A stretch of DNA of 58,779 bases from positions 1 to 58,779 of IMG/VR virus record IMGVR_UViG_3300030319_000027, one strand, 5' to 3'. Below, one piece after another: positions 1 to 9,852 of this stretch (its first letter is position 1; every line of letters starts with the position of its first letter). The translations under genes were made by a program, and so were the position numbers. The stretch is from a virus. The notes under the pieces are model-generated. The model did not search any database. It saw nothing but the letters and a program-made list of their open reading frames with translations, and had not been told where the DNA came from.

Positions 1-99
1 AAGTGATTCCAGCTAAGATGTTGTTCCCGACGAGTTTTGCAGAAGAAAATACTTTGGAACCAACGGTTTTAAGAGCACTAGTGAGATTGGAAACCAAGT
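1..99. repeat. Terminal direct repeat, copy 1 (assembly overlap of a circular molecule)
   Basis: Base-for-base identical to 58681-58779. It lies inside the tape-measure reading frame. Confidence 0.95.
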
Positions 100-3000
100 C
101 GGAAGCGTAAGACTTGACCTGTTTTCGGTTTTCCTCCCCCATTGCCTTCCAGATGATGGCTGCTGTGTTTTCGGCGACGGTTTGGATATCACCTTTCTTG
201 ACCGCATCAATCATGCCCTTAATCGTTCCGATAAAATCATTCTTCAGCCCATTGTCGATTTCATTCCACTTTGCGTCGAACGTATTAACCATGTTATCAA
301 CAAAGCCATTTGCAACGTCTGCGCCATAGTCAATCATCTCGTTGCCCTTCTGTTGAACAACGTTTGCCAGATTGGTCATAGCTTGTTCAACATAGGGAGG
401 CGCAGCATTGATGCCGTTTGCAAGACCTTGAACGATGTAACCGCCAATCTCTGCAAACACCGTAGAAGGGGAGTGAATGCCGAGCACATTCTTGACCTTA
501 TCAATGGCTGCATTGCCAACATTTGCAACAGCGTTTTTGGCCGTTTCAATCATATTGTTCACGCCATCAATAAGACCCTGAATCAGGTTCTTGCCAATAT
601 CAAAAAGACTAAAATTATCAAATGCGCTCCTGATTGCAGAAAGAATTTTCTTTGCGGCTTCAGTTACGCTAGAGATAGCATCAGTAATACCTTTCTTCAA
701 TCCGGCGATAATGTATCCACCTTGTTCGGCCATTACGGTAGATGTGGAATTGATTCCAAAGGCAGACTTAAAACCATTGATAAATGGATTGAACACATTT
801 TCAACAATCCAAGAAGCAACATTCGTGATTGCGTCTTGAATGCCGTAATAAATACCGTAGATGATATTCAGGCCAACATTATCGAACGGCCCCTCTGCCA
901 CTTTCTCTTCAAAATAATCGGCAATTCGAGAAACCAGACCACCCATAAAGTCAAGTGCTTCAATGAACGCTTCGCCAAAGAAACGACCGATGGCTTGAGC
1001 TAGCCCGGCCCAATCAACAGACGTTACGGCGCGAATGGAAAAATCAACAAGGTCTTGCCCAAGCTGATAAGAGTCCGTTCCGGAAAGAAAATCGGCAATG
1101 CCATTGATTGCACTAATAATGAAATCAAAAAGCGCCTTAGTGAGCTTTCCAACGTCAACATTTTGCAATGCGTTTGAAATCTTTTCCGTTACCGCTTTGC
1201 CGATTTCAGACCAGTCTTTGCTTTGAATCCACTCTGTCAATTCGTTAAAGAAACCAGAGAATCCATTGACAAAGGCGTTCAAAATGGACGTCCAGTCTAG
1301 TTGGCCAAGAAAACCGCCCAAGAGGTCAAACTCCGTCGTAAAACGACTTGCAAGCAATCTGCCAAACAAATCCCAGTCAACAGCATCAACTAGGCCATTG
1401 ATTCCATTGGCGACAGTAGCTCCCAAAGAAGCCCAGTCAATAGAGTGTACGGCGTCATAAATCATCTGCATGAGCTTATTCATCTGTTCGCCAATTTGTG
1501 TTCCGATCTGGAAAGAATTAAGAGATTTCAGCTTCTCCTTAATCTCGTCAACAGCGCTCCCAGCATAATCTTTGAACATATCATACTGAGAGAGGTCAAC
1601 GTCGCCGAGCAGGTTACCAGTAGCGCCGCCACCAGAGCCGGAAGAACCAGAGTTTTGCGAAGGGTCGATAATGTTTAATTCATCAAAACCCATCGTATAG
1701 TCTTTGGCTGCTTTTGCTGCCGCTTTTGTAGCATCGGCGGTGTCATCCATAGCGTCGCTCACGCCGCCAATATCTTTCTGTGTCTTGCTAAAATCGGTAA
1801 ATTCAATTTTCTGTCCGAACACAGATGCAAGAGAGACCACAAATTCTTTGATAAGGTCAACTGCTGCAATCAGAACGGGGAGAATTGCCTTAAATGCGGG
1901 ATAAAGAAGCTGGCCTACAGCCTTTGCAAGCTGCGAAATTTCAGACTTCAAAATGCGTACCATATTGGCTGGGCTACTAATGGTCTGTGCAAGGTTGCCT
2001 TGAACGTTCGTGGTCTGCTTCATAATGGCGATGTAGCGAAGAACTGCCTTATCTGCCTGAGACAGACTAGAAACCTGTTTATTAAAGCCCAAAGCAAGAA
2101 GTTCCTGCTGCAACCGCGCCTGAGACAAGTCAACGCCCAAGCGGCGAATAGGCTCAAGCTCTCCAGAGATAGCAGAAGCAATTGCGGTAAAGGTAGTAGC
2201 GGTATCTTTATTCCAATAGGACGATTCGTCATAGGCAAGTTGGGTCAGGTTCTTGGATAAAATATACGCTTTATCGCTTGCCAGACCGAACGAAGTTGCA
2301 AGGCTTTGGATCGTAGCAATGTTTGTCATTGCTTCTGTCGGGTCGATGCCAAGCAGAGACTCCATCTTATTGATAAGCTCTGTTGCTTGACCGCTTAACT
2401 CGCCCATTGCGTTATTGAACAAGTCTGTTGCTTCATAAAAGTCATTGAACTTAGTAACGGCATTGGCAAGATAAGTGGCGATAGCTTTCAGAGAAACTAG
2501 CTGTGCTGCACGTTTCTTGATGGTTTCTAACTGGCTTGCCAAGCTTGAAAGGCTAGTACTTGCTTTCTGGTTTGCCGAAGAAAAGCGGGTTGTAGAATTG
2601 ACAGCACTTTTAATTTTAGATGGAAGTGAAGAAAAAGAGCGCCCTACCTTGTCCAGCTTGGAAGCGAGTGGAGAAATAGCGGATGCCACTTTCTTACAAA
2701 CTTCCGCAAAATCATCAAGCGTTTTAGAGTCCAGCTTCTTTGTAATGCTTGGGATTTTAGCAATGGAATTGATTGCGCTGCTTACACCACGCAAGCCCTT
2801 CATAGAAGAATCGCTAATAGAAGAAATTGGAGCAATGCCTTTTCTGAGGCTCTCCATTTTACTGCTTAACCCGGTAAAATCGATATTCCCGATATTCACA
2901 TTGGAGATTCGATTCAACGCATTGCCGACAGCTCGAATTCCTTTTGCGCTTTCATTCATATTGGCGTTAGAAATCTTGTCGATAAAATCCGTCAGCTTAT

Positions 3001-3202
3001 CTAACCCAGAAAGCCCGGTGGATGCCTGTTTCAGCGCAGAAATGGAAGCGGACAGCTTATCAAGGCTGTTGACAACCTTCGTCACATTGCCCTTTGTCCG
3101 CAAATTAGAAATGGCGGTAGCGAGCTTGTCGATATTAAGCTCCGCACCGCTGGATTCCGCAGAGATTTCTACGGATAAGCTTGTAATATCAACATCAGCC
3201 AT
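1..3202 (-). CDS. Tail tape measure protein, N-terminal about 1067 codons (continues across the window junction)
   Basis: The minus frame is stop-free from ATG 3200-3202 to the window edge, so it is absent from the ORF track. It is in frame with 58025..58777 through the overlap, since 3202-97 is divisible by 3. It sits directly downstream of the G/T chaperones. Plus ORFs 182..1003 and 2475..3794 are its antisense shadows. Confidence 0.85.
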   Translation of the reverse strand, partial: MADVDITSLSVEISAESSGAELNIDKLATAISNLRTKGNVTKVVNSLDKLSASISALKQASTGLSGLDKLTDFIDKISNANMNESAKGIRAVGNALNRISNVNIGNIDFTGLSSKMESLRKGIAPISSISDSSMKGLRGVSSAINSIAKIPSITKKLDSKTLDDFAEVCKKVASAISPLASKLDKVGRSFSSLPSKIKSAVNSTTRFSSANQKASTSLSSLASQLETIKKRAAQLVSLKAIATYLANAVTKFNDFYEATDLFNNAMGELSGQATELINKMESLLGIDPTEAMTNIATIQSLATSFGLASDKAYILSKNLTQLAYDESSYWNKDTATTFTAIASAISGELEPIRRLGVDLSQARLQQELLALGFNKQVSSLSQADKAVLRYIAIMKQTTNVQGNLAQTISSPANMVRILKSEISQLAKAVGQLLYPAFKAILPVLIAAVDLIKEFVVSLASVFGQKIEFTDFSKTQKDIGGVSDAMDDTADATKAAAKAAKDYTMGFDELNIIDPSQNSGSSGSGGGATGNLLGDVDLSQYDMFKDYAGSAVDEIKEKLKSLNSFQIGTQIGEQMNKLMQMIYDAVHSIDWASLGATVANGINGLVDAVDWDLFGRLLASRFTTEFDLLGGFLGQLDWTSILNAFVNGFSGFFNELTEWIQSKDWSEIGKAVTEKISNALQNVDVGKLTKALFDFIISAINGIADFLSGTDSYQLGQDLVDFSIRAVTSVDWAGLAQAIGRFFGEAFIEALDFMGGLVSRIADYFEEKVAEGPFDNVGLNIIYGIYYGIQDAITNVASWIVENVFNPFINGFKSAFGINSTSTVMAEQGGYIIAGLKKGITDAISSVTEAAKKILSAIRSAFDNFSLFDIGKNLIQGLIDGVNNMIETAKNAVANVGNAAIDKVKNVLGIHSPSTVFAEIGGYIVQGLANGINAAPPYVEQAMTNLANVVQQKGNEMIDYGADVANGFVDNMVNTFDAKWNEIDNGLKNDFIGTIKGMIDAVKKGDIQTVAENTAAIIWKAMGEENRKQVKSYASDLVSNLTSALKTVGSKVFSSAKLVGNNILAGIT

Positions 3203-3620
3203 CACTACCACCATCCTTTTGCTCCATCATAGAGAACATCATTCTCTTGATTCGCTCCTGCGCCTCAACTGCGCGTTGGTATTCATACTCGTCTTTCTCC
3301 TTTTGAGTAAGGGGAAGCGGTCTATCCATGTACTTGATCGGCTTAGACCCTTTCTTTCGGAACATATTGCCAACCGTAGAGGAAAGCGCAGATGCCATGT
3401 AAAAACCGTTTCTCCATGCTTCTGCATTAGCTCTGCGTTCTCGCAGCTCCTCTGCGTCACGGTATACCTTGGCCAGCCAGACATCGCCGTGCCAGAACTG
3501 ATCGTAGGTCATGCCGATGGAGATATAATAGGCTTCTACATCATGGAACAGCTTGGAGAAGGAAAACGGTTCTCCCTCTCCGTCTGGTTCCTGAGATTGT
3601 GCGGTTACACAATCTCCCAC
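3195..3620 (-). CDS. Tail assembly chaperone -1 frameshift extension (gpT-like part of a G-T fusion)
   Basis: It is in the -1 frame relative to 3605..3952. It overlaps the end of that ORF and ends 7 nt inside the tape-measure start. Confidence 0.7.
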   Translation of the reverse strand: MGDCVTAQSQEPDGEGEPFSFSKLFHDVEAYYISIGMTYDQFWHGDVWLAKVYRDAEELRERRANAEAWRNGFYMASALSSTVGNMFRKKGSKPIKYMDRPLPLTQKEKDEYEYQRAVEAQERIKRMMFSMMEQKDGGSDG

Positions 3621-3952
3621 GTTGCGTTTTTTGCGGTCTTGTCCTCAGTATCAGTTGCCAGCAGAGACTTAGAAGCGTCCACAAACATCTCAAGCAGCAC
3701 AGCCATCAGCTCTTCCTTCTCGTCGATGTGGGCAAACATTTCGTCCACGACTTTACGCTTGATGCCACGATTCCGGGCGATAAACGCGCCGTAGAACAGG
3801 GCGCGGGAGTTGGACAGCAGGTTGGTCATCTGGGTGTACTGGCCAATCTGAAAGCCTGCGCGTTCGGTAGCTTCTGCGCTCTCACGGGTGAAAGTCAACT
3901 CGTAAGTGCTCTTGCCGTCGGGGGAATGAAAATTGATAACCTTTGCAGCCAT
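3605..3952 (-). CDS. Tail assembly chaperone (gpG-like)
   Basis: 115-aa ORF between the major tail protein and the tape measure. It ends just after an A_AAA_AAC slippery site. Confidence 0.75.
   Translation of the reverse strand: MAAKVINFHSPDGKSTYELTFTRESAEATERAGFQIGQYTQMTNLLSNSRALFYGAFIARNRGIKRKVVDEMFAHIDEKEELMAVLLEMFVDASKSLLATDTEDKTAKNATWEIV
3626..3632 (-). promoter_or_regulatory. Programmed -1 ribosomal frameshift heptamer A_AAA_AAC
   Basis: Plus strand GTTTTTT. The zero frame reads GCA AAA AAC. Slipping back one nt reads AAA AAA CGC AAC GTG GGA GAT, which is the start of ORF 3195..3620. Confidence 0.7.
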
Positions 3953-4036
3953 AATAAATGTTCTCCTTTATAAATAGGGGCAGAACCAAATCCGTTGTTC
4001 AGTTCTGCCCGGTTTGATTGATTCGATTTTTGCGGT

Positions 4037-4474
4037 TTAGCCGCCGTTGACAGTCAGGGTCTCGCTGAACTCAGGCTTCTTGGTGAAGATGCAGTTGATG
4101 GTCATTTCCACAACCTCGTCCACGCCAAAGCCGGACAAGCCAACCTGATGCATACCCTGCCAAGTAAAGCCGGAGCCGTCCTGCATCTTCAGGGCGTAAT
4201 ACTTCACGGTGTTGCTCTCGGAAGTCTCATCGTAGCCAGCTTCCTTGACCTTCTTGTAGTCAGTCTTGTTGTAGTTGGCGGTAAAAGACTTGGTATCAGA
4301 CTGGATAATGCCAAAGATGTTGACCTGCATGGGGTCAGACAGAGTGGTGGCATCCAGAAGGTTCGGCTCAGAGATCAGGTCGGGTACATCCTTGATGTCG
4401 CACAGCTTCGTCAGAGCGGTTGCGCTGTCGCCACAATATAGGGTGGTATTCAGGCCGGAGATAGCAGTACTCAT
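4037..4474 (-). CDS. Major tail protein
   Basis: 145 aa, immediately upstream of the chaperone pair. Size and position are typical of siphovirus tail tube proteins. Confidence 0.7.
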   Translation of the reverse strand: MSTAISGLNTTLYCGDSATALTKLCDIKDVPDLISEPNLLDATTLSDPMQVNIFGIIQSDTKSFTANYNKTDYKKVKEAGYDETSESNTVKYYALKMQDGSGFTWQGMHQVGLSGFGVDEVVEMTINCIFTKKPEFSETLTVNGG

Positions 4475-4489
4475 AGAATGTTTACCTCC

Positions 4490-4912
4490 TTAGTTTCGGT
4501 AAATCATTCCGTCCTCTCCGATTGTTGCCCCGTAGCTGCAATCAATCCGATAGACGGAATTGTTGTACAGCCCATTCAACGGGGCAAACGATTTGCGATA
4601 AAAATTGAGCGGTTCCAATACAGAATCCACGATTCCAACGATGGAACGAGCTTCTGCAATGCGTCCGCTTGTTTTGTTAGAGTAGACACGCACACGCAAG
4701 GAAACGGCGGCGTACTTGCTTCGGCTGGCAGAATCCCGATGAACCGGGAGATTGCTGTTTTCCTCTATCTGCACACATGGAAACTTTTTGACGTTGCTGT
4801 CGTTGATTTCACCGGTGACAAAGATGCCGGGAACCTGTTTCCGAAGTTCGGTCGCAAAAGCCGTGAAGATGGAATTGAAATAATCGATCAACTGCTCCAG
4901 ACCTCCCTCCAC
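4490..4912 (-). CDS. Tail terminator / tail completion protein
   Basis: Position between the gp10-like protein and the tube protein. The true start may be TTG 4889-4891, in a TTGA overlap with the upstream stop and preceded by GGAGGGAGG. Confidence 0.5.
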   Translation of the reverse strand: MEGGLEQLIDYFNSIFTAFATELRKQVPGIFVTGEINDSNVKKFPCVQIEENSNLPVHRDSASRSKYAAVSLRVRVYSNKTSGRIAEARSIVGIVDSVLEPLNFYRKSFAPLNGLYNNSVYRIDCSYGATIGEDGMIYRN

Positions 4913-5415
4913 GTTGCTTCTACCTGAGAAGCCATTTCTTCAACAGCTCCCCACATAGCCATAGCTGGTTCGTTACCGCTGGTGTAATTCAACTGACCTT
5001 TGCCATCAACCTGTTTAACAGGCGTTCCAGCATTGCCAGATTCGCCGTAGTAGTACCAACGCTTGTGCTGTCCGTTCCCCTTGCCGTATGTTCCGTGTTC
5101 GCCAACGCCATCAGGAAGTTCGCCGCCATAAGCGGAATGAGATACGCCAGTACCAAACTCAATGAACGCAACCGCTTTCCCGTGAGCTACAATTGCAAAG
5201 CCATTAGATGTCTGCACAGGGTCGCGCTCAACCGTCACATCGTTGTCACCGGCGTACTGCGCGTTAGCAAACCTAATCGTTGCAACGTCAATGCCTTTTT
5301 GAGCCAACGCCCGTGCAAACTCCTGCGCTTTTTGATTCAGGGTGGTTTTGTACTCTTGTATCTGACGTTCCGCATCACGAAGTCCGGCATCGTTCAACCT
5401 CACTTTAATTTTCAC
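4888..5415 (-). CDS. HK97 gp10-like neck/tail-completion protein
   Basis: 175 aa. The N-terminal KIKVRLNDAGL...AERQIQEY pattern and its synteny are typical of the gp10 family. Confidence 0.6.
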   Translation of the reverse strand: MKIKVRLNDAGLRDAERQIQEYKTTLNQKAQEFARALAQKGIDVATIRFANAQYAGDNDVTVERDPVQTSNGFAIVAHGKAVAFIEFGTGVSHSAYGGELPDGVGEHGTYGKGNGQHKRWYYYGESGNAGTPVKQVDGKGQLNYTSGNEPAMAMWGAVEEMASQVEATWREVWSS

Positions 5416-5779
5416 TTGCAGCCACCTCTTTCAGCGCATACAACGTGTCCGTGATATGCTCTGCAACCTTGACCACAATGTAGTTAAAGGGCTTTGAAAC
5501 ATCCGTCTGAAACCAGACGTGCGTTCCCTCATAAAGTGGAGTGTTATGCTTTCTGCTGGACGAACTGACCACATAGCTGTAATCCGTGAACGCCCCAAAA
5601 GGGCTTGCTTCAGCAGAACCAGTAGGCGGGCTGACGTTCAACATCAGCTTTGCGGGGGCGCTCCACGTCTGCGATGTTTCGCCGGTTTCGTTTCCCCATT
5701 CGTCAACAACAGGTGTTTTCTCGCCGACTGGGTTTGAATACCAAAGCGGGCGCTTGTCCAGAGGGCTTCCATTGAACAT
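5405..5779 (-). CDS. Head closure / head-tail stopper protein
   Basis: 124 aa, lying between the gp6-like adaptor and the gp10-like gene, with overlapping start/stop codons. Confidence 0.5.
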   Translation of the reverse strand: MFNGSPLDKRPLWYSNPVGEKTPVVDEWGNETGETSQTWSAPAKLMLNVSPPTGSAEASPFGAFTDYSYVVSSSSRKHNTPLYEGTHVWFQTDVSKPFNYIVVKVAEHITDTLYALKEVAASEN

Positions 5780-6123
5780 CAGCCGATAACACCTACTCTC
5801 GGAACCACTTCATTTAGCAGGGACTGCGCCACATCGGAGCTTTCCCACACACGAGTAATGCCGTTGTTGGTATAGCTCGTCTGTCCGTTTGCGCCGATGT
5901 GGTTGTACAGTTCCGCTGCAATGCGTATCTGCAACGACTGATACTGCAAGGGCAGCTTGTCCGGTTTGTTGCCGAAAGGGTAGCCCTGTGCAAATATCTT
6001 GTCTTTGGCAAAATCAAGCAGCAGGTCGAAGAGTGGGTAGTCCTCGTCCATGACTTCACGGTCAAGTGCAGGAGCAATGTATTGCCCCAGCTTGACTGCC
6101 GCTTCAGAATACTGGTCTCCCAT
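5779..6123 (-). CDS. gp6-like head-tail connector (adaptor)
   Basis: 114 aa, directly downstream of the major capsid gene. Confidence 0.55.
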   Translation of the reverse strand: MGDQYSEAAVKLGQYIAPALDREVMDEDYPLFDLLLDFAKDKIFAQGYPFGNKPDKLPLQYQSLQIRIAAELYNHIGANGQTSYTNNGITRVWESSDVAQSLLNEVVPRVGVIG

Positions 6124-6143
6124 GCTGCTTTCCTCCTTTCGCC

Positions 6144-7220
6144 TTAGTAAGCCTTGATGCAGTACACAGCGTCCATGCGCTCAAAGGACGGCAGGACGAT
6201 TTCAGAAGCATAAACGTTGGCGTTGACCGGGTGAACGGTCAGCTCAGTTGTGATGGCGACGCCGGTGTTTACGATGGACACGGATGCGCCAGACTGACCG
6301 GACAGCAGGTCGGCTTCCTCAGGGGTAGTGCCGTACCAAGTGCTGCCCAGAGCGCCGGACGGAGCAACCACCACCATGCCGTCAGGCAGATACTTCTCGC
6401 TTGCGCTGTACTGGTCTGCCTTGAACATCTTGTCGTACAGATGAATCTTCAGACCGGTTGCAGATTCGATAATCTGCCGTGCTTCAGCATCCAGCAGAAC
6501 GGCGTTTGCCTTTGCGGTGACGGTCATAAACCGATTCTTCACCTCATCCGCAGCAATCATGTTGCGGAAGGTGGCGGTGTTCATGTACACCTCAGTCACG
6601 ACCTCGCCAACGCTTGCCAGAACAGCGTCCTTTGCAGCGTTCAGGTCAGCAATAGGGGTGGCGGTGGCGACGTTCCACTTGGACTTTGCGGCAGAGACTT
6701 CCTTGTAGTTGGTGGACTTCCAAGTGCCGTCCGGGTCGTAGTTGTAGGTGTAGTTCACGCCGTTTGCCTTGATGGTGATGCCGGGAACGCCATTGGTGGG
6801 AGCCAGCAGCTGCCAGATCATGCGCTCAGGCACGATGCGTGCGCCGGTGATAAGCTGTGCAGTATCATCGTACAGGCGGTTCATCACGTCACGAGCGTAG
6901 GGGTCGTTGCTGCCCAGAACACGCAGGATTTCTTGACGGTCTTTCTCGCCCAGATGATAGCCCTCACGGAAGAACGGCATCTCGGTCTCATCGAACTTGA
7001 AGCCCTCACGGGCGCGGAACGTAGCCTTTGCATCAAATGCGCTGGGCATCAGGGACACGCCAACGCCCTTGTGACCACGCAGCCACTTCAGGTCAAGACC
7101 GGCCTTCTTCTTTGCAGGGAACAGTGCATCAGATGCGAAAGGCATCGCATTGGAAGGGTCATTCGTCCAATAGGCGGCAATCGCAGCCGGGGCAAAGACT
7201 TCCTTAAGATTCAGTGCCAT
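6144..7220 (-). CDS. Major capsid protein (lambda gpE-like family)
   Basis: 358 aa. The N-terminal motif ...ALFPAKKKAGLDLKWLRG...SLMPSAFDAKA... resembles capsid protein E. It follows the scaffold gene. Confidence 0.8.
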   Translation of the reverse strand: MALNLKEVFAPAAIAAYWTNDPSNAMPFASDALFPAKKKAGLDLKWLRGHKGVGVSLMPSAFDAKATFRAREGFKFDETEMPFFREGYHLGEKDRQEILRVLGSNDPYARDVMNRLYDDTAQLITGARIVPERMIWQLLAPTNGVPGITIKANGVNYTYNYDPDGTWKSTNYKEVSAAKSKWNVATATPIADLNAAKDAVLASVGEVVTEVYMNTATFRNMIAADEVKNRFMTVTAKANAVLLDAEARQIIESATGLKIHLYDKMFKADQYSASEKYLPDGMVVVAPSGALGSTWYGTTPEEADLLSGQSGASVSIVNTGVAITTELTVHPVNANVYASEIVLPSFERMDAVYCIKAY

Positions 7221-7236
7221 GTTGTTTTACCTCCTA

Positions 7237-7581
7237 TTAAGCGTTTACGCTGATGTTGTCACGGCAGAAGATACCGGGAATGGCGGTCTTAAGCGCAGTG
7301 ATTGCATCAGAATCGTAGGTGAAGCCAGAGCTTGCGGCAGCCTTCTTGGTGTCGATAACGCCACGAATCAGCAGGGAAGCATTGGGGTTCTCTGCTGGGT
7401 CAACGTCATACAGCAGAATGCCATCTGCGGTGGCGGAAGTCGCCTTCTTGCCAGCTTTGGTCATGGGATAGCCAGCCTTAACCGCAGCAGTTTCGGTCAC
7501 GGTAAAAGGAATGGCAGTGTAGTCATTGGAAGCAAGGATGGTATCGTTGATTCCGTTGACCGTGTTTCGGGTAAACTTCAT
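7237..7581 (-). CDS. Putative head decoration / capsid accessory protein
   Basis: 114 aa from ATG 7581, with RBS AAGGAGGA. It lies between the scaffold and the capsid gene. Confidence 0.4.
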   Translation of the reverse strand: MKFTRNTVNGINDTILASNDYTAIPFTVTETAAVKAGYPMTKAGKKATSATADGILLYDVDPAENPNASLLIRGVIDTKKAAASSGFTYDSDAITALKTAIPGIFCRDNISVNA

Positions 7582-7594
7582 GTTTTCCTCCTTG

Positions 7595-8176
7595 TTAATG
7601 GAAAGCACTCATTGCGTCACTCGATGCCTTAGAAGTATTTGCGTTCTGCTGCGCAAGGCTCTTAGCAAACGCCACGCCATCACTGTCAGAGCCGCCCTTG
7701 CTATCCGCACCCGGAGGTGTGGGCATATCCTTCAGCAGAGAAGCCTTGTATGCGGTGTCGTGGGCGGTCATAAACTCCGACTGGAACTTAAACACCTTGT
7801 CCATGTCACCGTCAGCCAGTGCAGACGCAGCCTTGTTGGCGAGTTCAGCGTCATAACCCTGTGAAACGAACTTCTCACGGTAAGATGCAAGGGTCTTTTC
7901 CTTAAGGAGGTTCTCCTTATCGGCAGTCAAGGCTTCAATCTGCTTCTGCATCTCTGCCAGCTTGTCAGCCTGTTCTTGTGCGGCGTTCTCGTCATCGGTA
8001 CGCTTTGCCTTGAGCTGCTTCTTGTACTCGGCAGCTTCGCCGTTGGCTTTCGTCACGGCGTTGCGCAGCTTCTCGACCTCTGCGTTAGGGTCTGCAACCT
8101 TTTCCAGCGCAGAAATGATTTCATCGGCGGTCATGCCATCTTTGTAGGCATCACCAAGCAACACATTGAGTTTCAT
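7595..8176 (-). CDS. Capsid scaffolding protein
   Basis: Lys/Glu/Ala-rich, coiled-coil-like sequence. ATG 8176 has RBS AGGAGGA. It lies between the portal and capsid genes. Confidence 0.7.
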   Translation of the reverse strand: MKLNVLLGDAYKDGMTADEIISALEKVADPNAEVEKLRNAVTKANGEAAEYKKQLKAKRTDDENAAQEQADKLAEMQKQIEALTADKENLLKEKTLASYREKFVSQGYDAELANKAASALADGDMDKVFKFQSEFMTAHDTAYKASLLKDMPTPPGADSKGGSDSDGVAFAKSLAQQNANTSKASSDAMSAFH

Positions 8177-8270
8177 ATCGTTAATTTCCTCCTGCGTTTT
8201 TTTACCGTTGCTTCCCTGCAACGCTGCGAAATTTGTATCCCGGCTTCCCTGCCGTGTTTATGGCAAAGGA

Positions 8271-9761
8271 CTATTCGTCCTCTGTTTCTGTTTCCGTGCT
8301 ACCGACATTTGTGCCGGTAGCATCCTGTTTAGGCCGTTCCTGCGGTTTCGGTGCTTTCCCATCTTTGCCCAACTTACCAGCGGCAATCAGGAAAGGCTTG
8401 CTCATTTCGTAAGCAGCCTGCGGGTCAGGGAATAGACCGGGCGTAGTGAACGCCAACTGCGGGTCAATGGGCTGACCGAGCATCTGTGCGAAAATCTGAA
8501 CCTTGCTCTGCTGGTTATCGTACTGGCGGCGCGGCAGTTTGATGTTGATGTCACTTGCCATCAGCTTAGAACCAGCCGTATCACGCAGGATTTTCAACAT
8601 CACAGACAAGCTTTGGCGTTCCGAGAACTTGAACATATTCTCGTACTGCTGCGCCCTTGCTTCTGTGTGATTCCAGCCGTTGCGAACGATAACTGCGCCC
8701 ACGTTGTCAGACGTTGCGTTCTCACTGCCGGTAGCACTAGGCATGGCAGTCAGGCTGCGGTACACGTTCAACATGGAATCAAGCAAGGTCTGGCTCTGCT
8801 GCTGGTCAAGCTCATTCGCAATCTGCGAGACAGAAGCGGGCATACCAGAAGTGGATTTCAGGCACATTGCGCCAAGCTCTTTTACTTGGTCAAGCGCATT
8901 CTTGTCCACAAGGCAGTTTGTAAATACCATGATGGACTGGATGAACTGCGCCACGCCGTCCAAGCGGTTGCTTTCAAGGTCGTTGATGGCATCCAACACA
9001 GGGATAGCCGGTTCAAACAGACCCATGCGCTCCGGGTTGAGCTTGTATTCGACCATCGGCAGCATTCCCAGAGAGTGGTTCTCCGACTTTGTGACCTTGC
9101 CGTTGTCGATTTCAAAGTACTGGTTTGGCGTGTACACGCAAATCAGGTCGTTCAGGTCATTTTGATAATTGCGTGGAATGTGCAGCACGTTGGCAATCGG
9201 ATTGTGACCGATGCCGGAGTTGTAAATCACATACGCCATGTCGGGGTCTGGAACGTCCACCAGCAGGGGCGTTTCGTCTGGGTAGTTGCCACCATACCCC
9301 TTGTCAGGAAGAACGATGCGGTATCCCTGTCCGCACTCCAACATCCACTGCCAGAGCCGCCGATCGAGCGCGTCCTTGCCCTCATACTGCAAGGCGTTGG
9401 ACAGCCGGGCAATTTCCTCACCGTCACCTGTTGCCGTTTCAGACCGCACATAAGAGCAAGGCGTGCCGCTCATATAACCTGTGTAGAAGCCCACGCACTC
9501 GTTGGCATGGTTCTCTACAATGCGGTTGGTGATTTCAGCGTGATACTCCTTCGTGCGATGGAGGACAGGCTGGCTACCCAAGTAGTAGTTGTGTAGGAAG
9601 CGAATCTCATTCTTGTTCAGCAGATGAATAGGTTCTGCCTTGCCCATAACCACTTTCAGCACGTTCGTCTGATTGATTTCCGTCTCCGGCGTTTCAATCG
9701 GTCTGCGTCCGGTCAGCGGATTATTCAAAAATCCACCAACGACCATCTGATACTCAGCCAT
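8271..9761 (-). CDS. Portal protein
   Basis: About 496 aa from ATG 9761, with RBS AGGAAGGAGGA. It has the canonical position in the late operon after TerL. Confidence 0.85.
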   Translation of the reverse strand: MAEYQMVVGGFLNNPLTGRRPIETPETEINQTNVLKVVMGKAEPIHLLNKNEIRFLHNYYLGSQPVLHRTKEYHAEITNRIVENHANECVGFYTGYMSGTPCSYVRSETATGDGEEIARLSNALQYEGKDALDRRLWQWMLECGQGYRIVLPDKGYGGNYPDETPLLVDVPDPDMAYVIYNSGIGHNPIANVLHIPRNYQNDLNDLICVYTPNQYFEIDNGKVTKSENHSLGMLPMVEYKLNPERMGLFEPAIPVLDAINDLESNRLDGVAQFIQSIMVFTNCLVDKNALDQVKELGAMCLKSTSGMPASVSQIANELDQQQSQTLLDSMLNVYRSLTAMPSATGSENATSDNVGAVIVRNGWNHTEARAQQYENMFKFSERQSLSVMLKILRDTAGSKLMASDINIKLPRRQYDNQQSKVQIFAQMLGQPIDPQLAFTTPGLFPDPQAAYEMSKPFLIAAGKLGKDGKAPKPQERPKQDATGTNVGSTETETEDE

Positions 9762-9852
9762 GTGTTCCTCCTTCCTGGCAAAATAAAAAGCGCAGTAAGA
9801 CAAACCTGTTAAGGTCTATCTCACTGCGCCAAAACTGCGCTTCAAAAGCTAT

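Noticed and set aside
182-3794. Long plus-strand ORFs 182..1003 and 2475..3794 (273 and 439 aa)
   Set aside because: Both lie antisense to the uninterrupted minus-strand tape-measure frame. Their sequences are low-complexity (Ile/Asn/Ser/Leu-rich) with no RBS. They are shadow ORFs.
6231-7253. 340-aa plus-strand ORF
   Set aside because: It is antisense to the well-supported major capsid gene. It is Gly/Val/His-rich junk with no RBS.
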